A DNA stretch of 64,000 nt from Candidatus Magasanikbacteria bacterium CG10_big_fil_rev_8_21_14_0_10_47_10 (lineage in GTDB: Bacteria; Patescibacteriota; Patescibacteriia; Magasanikbacterales; UBA922), in contig PFCB01000028.1 in assembly GCA_002773135.1 (NCBI GenBank), forward strand, positions 4,203-68,202, written 5' to 3'. Both the position numbers and the translations under genes were made by a program. The notes below the pieces were generated by a model. That model saw only the letters and a list, made by a program, of their open reading frames with translations, was not told the DNA's origin and did no database searches. Positions within the stretch are counted from its first letter, which is position 1. The number at the start of each line of letters is the position of its first letter. Of the stretch, positions 46,749 through 56,451 are shown piece by piece.

Positions 46749-48011
46749 TTATGACATGAGTGGTTTCCCGTGAACAAGAAGATATTTAAACCAGGATCCG
46801 GCGAGCAAGGAGGTAACAATTGCAATAAGCACGAGCGTAACAAAAAACATTTCATTAATAATACCAAGATCAAACGCTACCGTGGCAAGGACTATGCCGG
46901 GACCACCGCGCGTATTCATAGCCACGGCAAAATTCACGCTGGTCAGCCAATCTTGCTTTGCAAGACGGGCGGCAAACAATGTGCCCGCAGCCTCAAAGGC
47001 AGTAGTAAACACCAGAAACCCAATGAAGAATGAAATATCAAGGTGATGTATAAGATCCAACTTCAGCCCAACAATGGCAAAATACAGGGGAATGAAAAAA
47101 GCCAATGACATATCTTTGATTCCCGTTTTGACCGTGGCAAACGTCTCTTCCGGCAGTGTTCCCACAACAATACCCGCAAGGAAAGCCCCAAATACAATGT
47201 TCACATTAAGAATACTCGCGATTGCCGCAAACAAAAAACAGATAAAAAGAGTATATGCCGCAACAGATGATTTAATGAGAAAATTTAAACGGAGGGTGTT
47301 AGTGTACCGAATCAGTTTTGGCATTACAAAAAGCGTAACGGCAAAAAAGGAGCACGTTATCAAAATGGTTGTTATGATGTTCGATTGAGTCAACGAGTCA
47401 CTGCTCACCAGTCCTGTGGCAATTGCGAGCGCAACCCACAAGAGAACATCCTGAATCGTGGCGGTCGACAGAACAATTCTGGCAAAGCGTGTATGTATTA
47501 TTTTTAAATCCAAAAAAATTCGAGATATCACGGGAATCGATGTGACGGCCATCGCAATGGCTATCACCATTGTCAGAGCTGCCATATTCCCCTTTACCCC
47601 AAGGACGGAAGAAAAATCGTAGTACTGTGGAGATAGCCAGCCGACAACAAATGGTATCGCCGTTGCGCCAATAATAAGAGCCCCAATAATCTTTTTATCA
47701 CCCTTGTTTACTGTTTGCCGCAGCTCAAATCCTGAAATGAACATCAGCAGTATCAACCCCATCCAGGAAAGTATTGCAAGCAGTTTCCCCTCACCATCAA
47801 ACGCGTGAAAGAGCCAGCTATATATGTTTGGAAACATGTACCCCAATACGGTCGGCCCCATCACAAGACCACCAACAATTTCGCCGATAACCTTTGGCAT
47901 CCTGTATTTTTGAAACAAATAGCCGCCATAATGCGCCGCAGCCAAAAGAATCACAATCGCCAAAAAAAAATGCGTTAATTCAAAATTTGTGAGTGTGATA
48001 AATTCCGGCAT
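46749..48011 (-). CDS. Cation:proton antiporter (CPA2/KefB/NapA-like Na+(K+)/H+ exchanger)
   Basis: 420 aa, ~12 TM; N-terminal FFLAIVILLAAAHYGGYLFQKYRMPKVIGEIVGGLVMGP typical of Na_H_Exchanger family. Confidence 0.75.
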   Translation of the reverse strand: MPEFITLTNFELTHFFLAIVILLAAAHYGGYLFQKYRMPKVIGEIVGGLVMGPTVLGYMFPNIYSWLFHAFDGEGKLLAILSWMGLILLMFISGFELRQTVNKGDKKIIGALIIGATAIPFVVGWLSPQYYDFSSVLGVKGNMAALTMVIAIAMAVTSIPVISRIFLDLKIIHTRFARIVLSTATIQDVLLWVALAIATGLVSSDSLTQSNIITTILITCSFFAVTLFVMPKLIRYTNTLRLNFLIKSSVAAYTLFICFLFAAIASILNVNIVFGAFLAGIVVGTLPEETFATVKTGIKDMSLAFFIPLYFAIVGLKLDLIHHLDISFFIGFLVFTTAFEAAGTLFAARLAKQDWLTSVNFAVAMNTRGGPGIVLATVAFDLGIINEMFFVTLVLIAIVTSLLAGSWFKYLLVHGKPLMS

Positions 48012-48016
48012 ATGAG

Positions 48017-48562
48017 CTACTCATTTTCACGATACGGATGAAAAATCACCCCATGCAATTCGAGGATATCTATCCCGCATGCTTTGGCTTTCTGTCTGGC
48101 CTGCTCAATCAGCTCCATAAAAAGCTCGTGGTCTCTATCTATATCTATATACAAATCTTCTTTGTCGAGCATGATATATTTCGCGTCGATTTTTTGAATA
48201 ATTGATTCAAGATTATCAATGCCCGTCTTTGTTTCAATTTTTGGTACCAGTCCCACGTGGGGGGGCAACTGAACGCGGATTTTGTATATTTCTTCCGGAT
48301 CTTCCACATTTGATACAGCAAAGTGCTTTATATGCGGGAACCGATCGACCAATGTGATCGTATCCTCCAGCGAAATGCTTGGCCGTGGCGGTTTTGACCT
48401 TCCTTGCGGATAGTCCAAATATACGTCATAGTCGACAAGCTCGCCTAATAGCTTCACAAGCGCGTCTCTATCCTTTAGCCAAGCAACATTAATCCGGATG
48501 ACGGCGTCCGCCGGGACATTCAAAGGGGTGGCCGTAAGAAGATGATTTGAAATGACAAGCAT
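48017..48562 (-). CDS. Pyruvate-kinase-like / PEP-utilising TIM-barrel domain protein (short, 181 aa)
   Basis: Segment HVGLVPKIETKTGIDNLESIIQKIDAKYIMLDKEDLYIDI resembles the PK/HpcH barrel strand-loop (KIENQEGVDN...GDLGVEI). Confidence 0.3.
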   Translation of the reverse strand: MLVISNHLLTATPLNVPADAVIRINVAWLKDRDALVKLLGELVDYDVYLDYPQGRSKPPRPSISLEDTITLVDRFPHIKHFAVSNVEDPEEIYKIRVQLPPHVGLVPKIETKTGIDNLESIIQKIDAKYIMLDKEDLYIDIDRDHELFMELIEQARQKAKACGIDILELHGVIFHPYRENE

Positions 48563-48567
48563 AAGTT

Positions 48568-49005
48568 TTATTTAAGATCCTGAATTTTTTTGATAATTTG
48601 GCTTGTTGATATGCCATCGTGATAGCCAAGCTTTACGATAACACCGCCAACCTCGGCAATTGCGCCCGCTCCCGGCGTCTCCTCGCCTTCCCCCCACCCT
48701 GCTCCTGGACCTTTGGCAAGGATATGAGGCTTTACCAACCGAATATTCTTACATGGCGTGAGCTGATCTTGTATCATGACTTCGTCAACGCACGACAAAT
48801 GCTCTACGACGTACAATCGCTGTTCCTGACTTATGATAGGACGACGCTTAAACTCTTCGGCAACTTCATCGGTAAAAATTCCAACAACAAGTTTGTCGCC
48901 CAGCGCTCTTGCCTCCTTGAGGAGTTCAACATGGCCGCTATGAAGCATATCAAATACTCCATATGTATAGACAATTTTTTGTTCGCTATTCATAGTATGA
49001 TTCAT
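48568..49005 (-). CDS. Cytidylyltransferase-like nucleotidyltransferase (TagD glycerol-3-phosphate cytidylyltransferase / RfaE domain II family)
   Basis: 145 aa; (H/T)xGH motif GVFDMLHSGH. Confidence 0.75.
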   Translation of the reverse strand: MNHTMNSEQKIVYTYGVFDMLHSGHVELLKEARALGDKLVVGIFTDEVAEEFKRRPIISQEQRLYVVEHLSCVDEVMIQDQLTPCKNIRLVKPHILAKGPGAGWGEGEETPGAGAIAEVGGVIVKLGYHDGISTSQIIKKIQDLK

Positions 49006-50207
49006 TAGGTATGATTGAGATACATTTGCTTAAACAACGCCACGGTTTCATCTGTTGCATTTCCACGATTGAACAAAAGTTGATCGTGAAGCGCCGGCGC
49101 GTCTCTTCTTTTAATACTGCCGCGTATTAATCCATCTATGTGCGTATCAAGATCCTGAAGGTCTTTTACCAAATACCCATACTCATCCCGGAAATCTCCC
49201 AGCGAGTTCATTTCATGTGTCTCAAAAAATTTTGGTATGTCCAAAAAAATCATCGGCTTGCCAAGCAAGTAATATTCAATCCATATCGTGCTAATGCATG
49301 TCATAGCGATATCACTTGCCATGACATATTCAGTTGAATCTTGATTCATGAGATTATAGATTCGCTTCGCTCTTAAATTTTCTTCCTTGAAAAATTCTTC
49401 CCAGTCAACAGCGCCGCTGCTCTTTTTGTTGGATGGATCTATATACGCACCGGGATGTACTTTGATAATGAGGTTTACATTGTGTCTATCGGGAATAGTT
49501 AGAATATCCTCCAGCCAAGTAAAAATACTGGTGTGCTGATTCCATGTAGGCGCATAAAATACTGTCGGCAGATCTGGGTTAAGTCCAATGCGTTCAAAAA
49601 GCGCTTTTTTATCAACTGTTTTACGAAATAAATCATCTGATTTTGGCCCCCCCAATCTATGGATCATCGGAATGGCTTCAATCGCATGATCAGCGCAGTA
49701 CGCAAGGAAATCCTTTTCATAGGCAGGTCCGGTAATAATCGTATCCGTCATACGCTCAATTGCCGGTGAAAACACATCATACTTTGTTTTTGATGTGATG
49801 GTATGGGGAAAATTGATTTTATACCTCGCACGTTTATGCACATGAATATCATAGGAAAGCGTCGCGTTTACATAAAAATCAACACCAAATAACCAATTCG
49901 TCCAGACCACATTCGCCCACTTCGGAAGCGGCGGCCCGAAATCTTTTCGAATTAACGCTCGAAGCGGTCCACCGACTGCGGCGTTGGATGTATATACCAC
50001 CAAAGCACCGTCCTCGTGGACACGCATCATCACATTGTATATATAGAAAAATTCATTTGTCGTGGTTGTTTCGACAACATACACAGGATGCTTTCGCATT
50101 CGTGCTTTCACAATCGCGCCGTTAATGACCACAATATGAGGTACTTCGCATAGCCGAACCCCAATATTATATAAGCGAATCCAAATTTTCTTCAGTAGTT
50201 CTTCCAT
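49005..50207 (-). CDS. CDP-glycerol (CDP-alditol) glycerophosphotransferase, TagB/TagF family
   Basis: 400 aa; motif TVFYAPTWNQ matches the YAPTWR signature of Glyphos_transf. Confidence 0.7.
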   Translation of the reverse strand: MEELLKKIWIRLYNIGVRLCEVPHIVVINGAIVKARMRKHPVYVVETTTTNEFFYIYNVMMRVHEDGALVVYTSNAAVGGPLRALIRKDFGPPLPKWANVVWTNWLFGVDFYVNATLSYDIHVHKRARYKINFPHTITSKTKYDVFSPAIERMTDTIITGPAYEKDFLAYCADHAIEAIPMIHRLGGPKSDDLFRKTVDKKALFERIGLNPDLPTVFYAPTWNQHTSIFTWLEDILTIPDRHNVNLIIKVHPGAYIDPSNKKSSGAVDWEEFFKEENLRAKRIYNLMNQDSTEYVMASDIAMTCISTIWIEYYLLGKPMIFLDIPKFFETHEMNSLGDFRDEYGYLVKDLQDLDTHIDGLIRGSIKRRDAPALHDQLLFNRGNATDETVALFKQMYLNHT

Positions 50208-50225
50208 ACTTTGTACGAGGATATC

Positions 50226-52406
50226 TTAATTCTTCCCATTCCCTTCTATCGATACCAATAGTACGTCAGCCATATATTTCACCGCCCAATTCAGCGCTTC
50301 GTACCTTCCATACTCACCCGAAATCGGCCAACTTCCCCACACAGCTCCCAAACCGCCAAACCGCGGCTCCATCATATTTTGTCTCGCTTTCAAATACCCC
50401 TTCATGTTTTCCGCGGCATGCGTATACGTTTCAATACCCGTCTTTTTGTACACTTTTTGGCAAGTAACTGCTGTTTGTGCAATACCTGTTAGACATGCCC
50501 AGTCAGCGGTTCCCTGCCAATCAGATCCCAGTCTTCCCGGAATCATTCCAATATCGTCCATCTGAGATACTATCCCGTCAATTGCTTTGCGCGCGGCACT
50601 CATATACCGCTGATCATCCAGCATTTCACCAATATCCCACAAACCATCAACCGTATAGGCCATGGTATGGAGCAAGGCATCATCCTTTTTTTGAAAATCG
50701 GCGTCAGCAAACCATCCATATTCATTCTGACACGTTGTGGTGTGTTCTGCTGCTCTGCGGCCCGCCTCTACCAACGTTTGATCCTTTTGATCAAGACCAA
50801 GGGCAACCAGCGGGGCTATTGCGTATATATTGTATGTTGTGGTTTCCGTGTTGACACTGGATGCGTTATCAATAATCCAACGCCCCTCTTTATTCTGTTC
50901 CCTACTTGCTATCCAATTTGCTGCTTTGTTTGCTCCGTCAAGATATTTTTCAAGTCCGGTTTCCTTGTACAGCGCAAACAGCCCACGGATGACTTGTCCC
51001 GTATCAAAGACTGCTTTATTTGGGCTTACCCTGATGTTGCCGCCGTGCACTGCGCCATCATCATGCATTATTGCCAACTCCCAATTTCCCATTTGTTTCG
51101 CACGCTGCATGAGATCGCTATCTGAAAAAAATTTGGAGGCATGAATCATGGTTGGAATGATATATCCCGTTGTCTCCGGATATGATGGCTGCCAGCCACT
51201 GCCATTTTCTTTTCCATTTGACACAATACTAACGCCTCGACTCACGCCCCCATCAGGCGTTGCATCATGCGCCCGCACCAGCCAGTCCACACTATGGCGC
51301 AAGTGCGTTGTATCAGTGCCGGCAAACGCGTAGTTGCGACTTTCGAGTGCGCCACTAAAAACGGCAGCCTGCTTTTTTTGCTTCTTTCTCTTTGACCGAG
51401 CGACAATACGTTTCAAAAACGAAGCTTTTTTCTTTGGCGCCGCCTGTATACTGCCAATAAAACATATCTTCTCCAAGGTCACTCGAAAAAAAGGCATTGT
51501 ACTGACAAGGTTCTCGAGCCCAAGAAAAAAATTGAATAGAGGCACCTGCACCCACTTTGGTGCAATATATCGAAAACGTAATTCTTCAAACAACCAAAAG
51601 TGAATGCCCCACCCTGCCCCTGAGTAGCCAATTGGCGTGACAAATGTTTGATCACACCATTTTTCAATGTCGCGATACGAAAAATATGCGTCATATGCCA
51701 GGCCCCAACTTCGGCGCTTTTCCATGGCAGGCATCATACGAAATCGTTTGTACAATTCCTTTGAATTATACTTATTGTACACCTCCAACGCGACATATCC
51801 CTGTGGCTTTGTTGTCCGTGCCATTTCGGCAAAAGCTTGTTCCGGCGCGCGCAAATGCTGATAGACTCGAATGCTAATGGAAAAATCCGCGACAGCATCC
51901 TTGAACGGCATATCTTCCAACTGGGCGCATACCAACCAATACCCCGGCTCACGACGCTTTGTTGCTTGAAGAAGCGTCAGGGATGTATCAACGCCAATAT
52001 GCACTGCTGCTTCTGGATAGCTTGATAACAATCTTCCGTTTCCACATCCGCCATCAATAATAGTCTTACCCGCCAAATCTATGTCTTTTGTGAGTCTCTT
52101 TACCGCCCGGAGCTCTGATTCATGGGTATAGAGTCCCCAAGGTGTCCCTTGCTTTTGCAGATAACTATCATATTTTTTTGCGTAACTGGTTGCGTTTTTG
52201 TCCTGATCCCAATGCCGCTTATGCGTGGATGGCGCGTATGTATCATTTGGGTACAAAATTGGTATGCCATCCACAATCGGATAGGTGCTGTGACAATCTG
52301 CGCATCTCAGTAGGTTGTTCCCTTCTTTTTGTGACAGACTCAAGTCACCGCGACATCGTCGTGATGGACAGCAAAGTGCAGCAATGAATTCACGAGAAAG
52401 AGACAT
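50226..52406 (-). CDS. Three-module protein: Trm112-like zinc-ribbon + class I SAM methyltransferase + large C-terminal domain of unknown function
   Basis: 726 aa; CPSRRC...CADCHSTYPIVDGIPIL; SAM motif IIDGGCGNGRLL; C-terminal ~400 aa unassigned. Confidence 0.5.
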   Translation of the reverse strand: MSLSREFIAALCCPSRRCRGDLSLSQKEGNNLLRCADCHSTYPIVDGIPILYPNDTYAPSTHKRHWDQDKNATSYAKKYDSYLQKQGTPWGLYTHESELRAVKRLTKDIDLAGKTIIDGGCGNGRLLSSYPEAAVHIGVDTSLTLLQATKRREPGYWLVCAQLEDMPFKDAVADFSISIRVYQHLRAPEQAFAEMARTTKPQGYVALEVYNKYNSKELYKRFRMMPAMEKRRSWGLAYDAYFSYRDIEKWCDQTFVTPIGYSGAGWGIHFWLFEELRFRYIAPKWVQVPLFNFFLGLENLVSTMPFFRVTLEKICFIGSIQAAPKKKASFLKRIVARSKRKKQKKQAAVFSGALESRNYAFAGTDTTHLRHSVDWLVRAHDATPDGGVSRGVSIVSNGKENGSGWQPSYPETTGYIIPTMIHASKFFSDSDLMQRAKQMGNWELAIMHDDGAVHGGNIRVSPNKAVFDTGQVIRGLFALYKETGLEKYLDGANKAANWIASREQNKEGRWIIDNASSVNTETTTYNIYAIAPLVALGLDQKDQTLVEAGRRAAEHTTTCQNEYGWFADADFQKKDDALLHTMAYTVDGLWDIGEMLDDQRYMSAARKAIDGIVSQMDDIGMIPGRLGSDWQGTADWACLTGIAQTAVTCQKVYKKTGIETYTHAAENMKGYLKARQNMMEPRFGGLGAVWGSWPISGEYGRYEALNWAVKYMADVLLVSIEGNGKN

Positions 52407-52409
52407 ATT

Positions 52410-53951
52410 TTATGATTTAAATATTACGTTTTTCATTATTTCTTTTTTGTAAATAGTCCAAAGGGCTTCCATACTTTCCCCGCCACGCTCCCACGCCTTA
52501 AAATAATTGTACTCGTGACCGGTACCCAAAACGGCTGCCACGTATTGCTCAAGCGCGCGTTCGTACTTCTCATTTTTAAAATCCTTTTTTAATACTTCTA
52601 GAATTTTTGCGGCAAGCGTTGTCATATCATGGTGCACAAAGACATTTGGCAATTTTTTTGTTGTACCCAAATTTCCCAGTTGAATCGCCGGCTTATTGTA
52701 AAATGCCGCCTCAGCAATGCTGGTACTGTTGGGGCTAATGATCATATCCATTTTTTGCAAGATACTATCGTTTGGGATCCTATAATCAACCAGTTTCACG
52801 TTGACAGTTCGCGCCACCTTTTCAATGTATGATGGCGGACGAAATCCAACCATACCGGGATGCTCCTTTACCACCAATGTGTAGTCCTTTGGCAATGACA
52901 TGGCCACCTGTCGAGCGGTTTCTATCTGATTGCTAAAATATGGTGCCATTACATCAATGGTTGCTTCGGGCTGAAACTGGAGTGGAAAATACACAAATGC
53001 GCCAGCCTTTTCCAAAGGATAATATTCTCGCGTCTGCATCTTGCGTGTATATATCTTTGGCGCGTAGTGATCTCTAAGCTTGATTACAGGTGGCCTGTAA
53101 TCAACGGTTATTCCTGTGCTCTCCAACTCATTCACTTGTTTTTTTGTATACCACTTTACAATTTGGTAGTATGGCGAAATTTCAGTCCGCAGCCACTGTT
53201 TCAGTGGTGTTTTCTTTCCTTTCAGAACAGGTATTTGATAGTCCGGAACCTTAAATTCTTTCCGAAATTCCGCAATGTACTCCTTTGCTTTATCCAAACG
53301 TGGGGAGCGTATCTTTCCTTCGCGCAACTGATCCACATAGTCATAAAAAGGCCCCTCATCATCAAAATGATTGTAGGTAAAGAGAAAGTATCCCTTTATT
53401 TTTGAGTCTGTCACAGCCATCATGGGAACGCCTTGCCTGTGCGCATACAGGTTAAACATAATATGTGGAAGGGAGACAAAATTCGGCGCAATGATTAAAT
53501 CCGGCTTAAATGTCTCAAAAAATTGTTTACTGTACTTGTATACGGCCATGACAAAATCAATGATTTCTTCATCGGATACATTCTGCCGAAAGCTATAGTA
53601 ATATTTATCCTTGTAGCACTTCACGTGATTGCGAAGTGTGGATACAACGGGCCAGATGGAGTCAATCCCCAAAGCATCACAAATTTCTTCCAGTGAATAT
53701 CTGTCACCGGCCAAATAGTCTTTTGGCCGACTCATTATTTCGTCGTTATTGATAATAAGTTCATATTTCGCGTCCGGCTGATTGACAATAAGGTCATGGG
53801 TTGTATTTTTGAATGTTAACGCGGCCAATACCGCACCATTTTCATATAACTTCCGTGCCAAAAATCGGCCAATGCCTTTCCCCCAGCCACGCTGTTGAAA
53901 AAGAATGATTCGTTTCCCTTGAAATTCATTTTGCTGACGTGCTTCACTCAT
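52410..53951 (-). CDS. Capsule-polysaccharide-biosynthesis family protein (KpsC/KpsS-like, PF05159-type) paralogue 1
   Basis: 513 aa; motif VYFPLQFQPEATID resembles LQ..xDS motif of KpsC/KpsS beta-Kdo transferases; paralogous to 55015..56451. Confidence 0.45.
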   Translation of the reverse strand: MSEARQQNEFQGKRIILFQQRGWGKGIGRFLARKLYENGAVLAALTFKNTTHDLIVNQPDAKYELIINNDEIMSRPKDYLAGDRYSLEEICDALGIDSIWPVVSTLRNHVKCYKDKYYYSFRQNVSDEEIIDFVMAVYKYSKQFFETFKPDLIIAPNFVSLPHIMFNLYAHRQGVPMMAVTDSKIKGYFLFTYNHFDDEGPFYDYVDQLREGKIRSPRLDKAKEYIAEFRKEFKVPDYQIPVLKGKKTPLKQWLRTEISPYYQIVKWYTKKQVNELESTGITVDYRPPVIKLRDHYAPKIYTRKMQTREYYPLEKAGAFVYFPLQFQPEATIDVMAPYFSNQIETARQVAMSLPKDYTLVVKEHPGMVGFRPPSYIEKVARTVNVKLVDYRIPNDSILQKMDMIISPNSTSIAEAAFYNKPAIQLGNLGTTKKLPNVFVHHDMTTLAAKILEVLKKDFKNEKYERALEQYVAAVLGTGHEYNYFKAWERGGESMEALWTIYKKEIMKNVIFKS

Positions 53952-55018
53952 ATAATAGTCTGTTTGTATGCGTTCATTCGATCAGTATACACTTCCAAAA
54001 AATACTCTTTGTCATAATATTTTTCACCGGCAAAAACCGTCACAGGCTCCCCGCCAAATCCTCTTTTAAATTTACTAATATCAATCTCCTTCTGTGAAGG
54101 AACTGAAAGTAACGTGGGACCATAATCTTGCCAGCCCACTTCATACGAAGATACTTGCTGTCGGTGCATATACTCTATTGCTGCCCATTGAATACAATGG
54201 GCAATTGGTAAAGTTGAAGCATCCGGATCATTGCACGCGGATCCCAAATAGGCATGTTTATTGTAGATATAAAAATATGCAAAACCGACCCAATTTTCCC
54301 CCTGCTTTGCTCCTATCAAAAATGCGTTCCTATCGCGGATAAAGTTCTCCATCATATCAAATGTCAGTGAAGAACGTGTTTTCCGGCCGGCAGCCTTCTC
54401 GTGCAAGTTTTCATATTGGACATATATATCTCTTGTGAGAACAGACGCATCAAATATCTCCGTACGAAGTACTTTTTCCCCCCTCTTCAAGTCATATTGA
54501 TGGCCATGTCGAATGCCTTTTTTTAGTGAATCCAAGGGCGCGTCAAGCAACATGCACTGCGATATCCATGACGTATCAAGGAATCCAAATTGCACCAAGG
54601 GGTTAGCCTTCAGCGTATTCCTCTCACTGGCACACAACATTAGTGGACTGTAGCTTACTGCGCACCGTTTCACACCATGATCAGTTGCCAAACCATCCAA
54701 TTCTTCGAACAACATTTTTTGGGCTTTCTTTTTTTGCTTATCGCCCAGTAGCGGCGCAAATATTGGATTCGGCCCCGGTTGGCCGTTCAAACCAAACACG
54801 CGCGTTCCCTGCTCGGACATCTCTATCAAGGGTATGCCACCAACAATCTGGCCATCATGCACAACAACAAACGATCGGTCTACTGGTTCAAATGGCGCCG
54901 CATATGCCAGTTGATACTGTAGCCCACCGGACGTGTGCCAAAACCATGCGTCATTGCTTTTATTGCATAGGTCATCCCACTGGCTGTATCGTTGCCGCTT
55001 GAGTGATTCAATATTCAT
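53948..55018 (-). CDS. FemAB-like / GNAT-fold aminoacyl- or acyl-transferase (Acetyltransf_6-type)
   Basis: 356 aa; family call tentative, based on overall GNAT-duplicated architecture and Trp-rich N-terminus. Confidence 0.35.
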   Translation of the reverse strand: MNIESLKRQRYSQWDDLCNKSNDAWFWHTSGGLQYQLAYAAPFEPVDRSFVVVHDGQIVGGIPLIEMSEQGTRVFGLNGQPGPNPIFAPLLGDKQKKKAQKMLFEELDGLATDHGVKRCAVSYSPLMLCASERNTLKANPLVQFGFLDTSWISQCMLLDAPLDSLKKGIRHGHQYDLKRGEKVLRTEIFDASVLTRDIYVQYENLHEKAAGRKTRSSLTFDMMENFIRDRNAFLIGAKQGENWVGFAYFYIYNKHAYLGSACNDPDASTLPIAHCIQWAAIEYMHRQQVSSYEVGWQDYGPTLLSVPSQKEIDISKFKRGFGGEPVTVFAGEKYYDKEYFLEVYTDRMNAYKQTII

Positions 55019-56451
55019 AGATCCGAAGCCTTTAACTCTCCAACAATTATTCCTGTAAGTTCTGCCATGCTTTCTTCAAAACTGAGTTCGGAAATCTTGT
55101 CAACAAATCCTTCAACATATGCATGTACAGTGGCATCATCAAATGCTTTCAAAAATCGAAGAACATCTTGTTCTGTTACCGAAAAACCATCTGCGATAGA
55201 TCGAAGCGCTGCTTTGCAGCTTTCTACGTCTGCAATGCGAAATAATTTTGGAAAATCTCTATACCATGGATAGCCAAATATTAAAACAGGCTTTTTCCTT
55301 ATAGTTGCCTCCCAGCCCGCAGTCCCTGTTACTGTTGCTACGGCCTTGGCTTTTTCGCTTAGGGTAAACGAATTCATGTGTATGGGAACCAACTGCACCC
55401 GCGGGATCTGCGCGAGTTGCTTGTAATACCCAGGATATCTATTTGATGAATACGCCGTTCCACTGCGCAGCCACCATTGAGACGGATGCTCCTTCACATA
55501 CACCCTCCACCCTTTCGGTAATGAGGCCGCGAGTGTCTCTATCATCAATGTTTGATCCACAAAAATATCTCCCTGTGGGCTGGTTGTCCTTTCCGGCTGA
55601 AAATTAAGCGGCACATACACATACGCATGGTCCAAATCAGGATGCAGCTCAACCACGCGTGCGTATTCCTTCTCCAAATTTGGTTTGAATTGCTTCACAA
55701 AATATCGTGGTCCCCGTTGTATAATAGAGCCATCCAAGATGCTCTTAATAAGCTTTTTTATCTTTTTTATAAATGGTTTAACACCCGTAAACTGCTTCTT
55801 CCAATGCGTCATGTAAATGGGTGTGGAATCAACGGTACTGTCAGTTTGCTTTTGGTAGTAATCCCCAATATCCCGGCTCAAATCTTCAGATTGTATTGTT
55901 GTATGGTCATACAATGCAATTTTTTCTTGCAACAAAGGGCTTCCCTGTTCCCAATCACAATATGTTAACAGACGGTCTGAGACCCAGGAGTCTTCAAACA
56001 TTATGGTCTTGATTCCTGCTCGTTTTGCCAGAGCGTATAGGATGTAATTATAGACGGTGTGTGGAACAGTAGGAAATATAATAGCGTCAGGTTTGTGCTT
56101 TTCCAACAACCCATGCCAATATTGCAGCATGATGTAATACCGGTGCCTGCGCTTATCAACACAATCTGTATCAAAACGTTTATTCATCATGGTCAACACC
56201 AACGATTCAGTTCTGTGCATACTATCAATAAGCGCCTTGCTTGGCGGCGGAAAATCGTACACGTCCACATTTTTTGCTGGCAACCCATCCCACGCGTCAA
56301 TGTGAGAATGAAACACAGTCCCCTGTGGTACCTCTTCCTCGGATGCCTGTGTCCCCACCCAATACAAAATCTCATGGCCATCTTGCTGCAGCCCATCAAT
56401 CAAACCTGAAATTTCTGAACGATTCGCAGCCCAAATCAAAAATAATTTCAT
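55015..56451 (-). CDS. Capsule-polysaccharide-biosynthesis family protein (KpsC/KpsS-like) paralogue 2
   Basis: 478 aa; motif VYVPLNFQPERTTS; similar domain order to 52410..53951. Confidence 0.45.
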   Translation of the reverse strand: MKLFLIWAANRSEISGLIDGLQQDGHEILYWVGTQASEEEVPQGTVFHSHIDAWDGLPAKNVDVYDFPPPSKALIDSMHRTESLVLTMMNKRFDTDCVDKRRHRYYIMLQYWHGLLEKHKPDAIIFPTVPHTVYNYILYALAKRAGIKTIMFEDSWVSDRLLTYCDWEQGSPLLQEKIALYDHTTIQSEDLSRDIGDYYQKQTDSTVDSTPIYMTHWKKQFTGVKPFIKKIKKLIKSILDGSIIQRGPRYFVKQFKPNLEKEYARVVELHPDLDHAYVYVPLNFQPERTTSPQGDIFVDQTLMIETLAASLPKGWRVYVKEHPSQWWLRSGTAYSSNRYPGYYKQLAQIPRVQLVPIHMNSFTLSEKAKAVATVTGTAGWEATIRKKPVLIFGYPWYRDFPKLFRIADVESCKAALRSIADGFSVTEQDVLRFLKAFDDATVHAYVEGFVDKISELSFEESMAELTGIIVGELKASDL

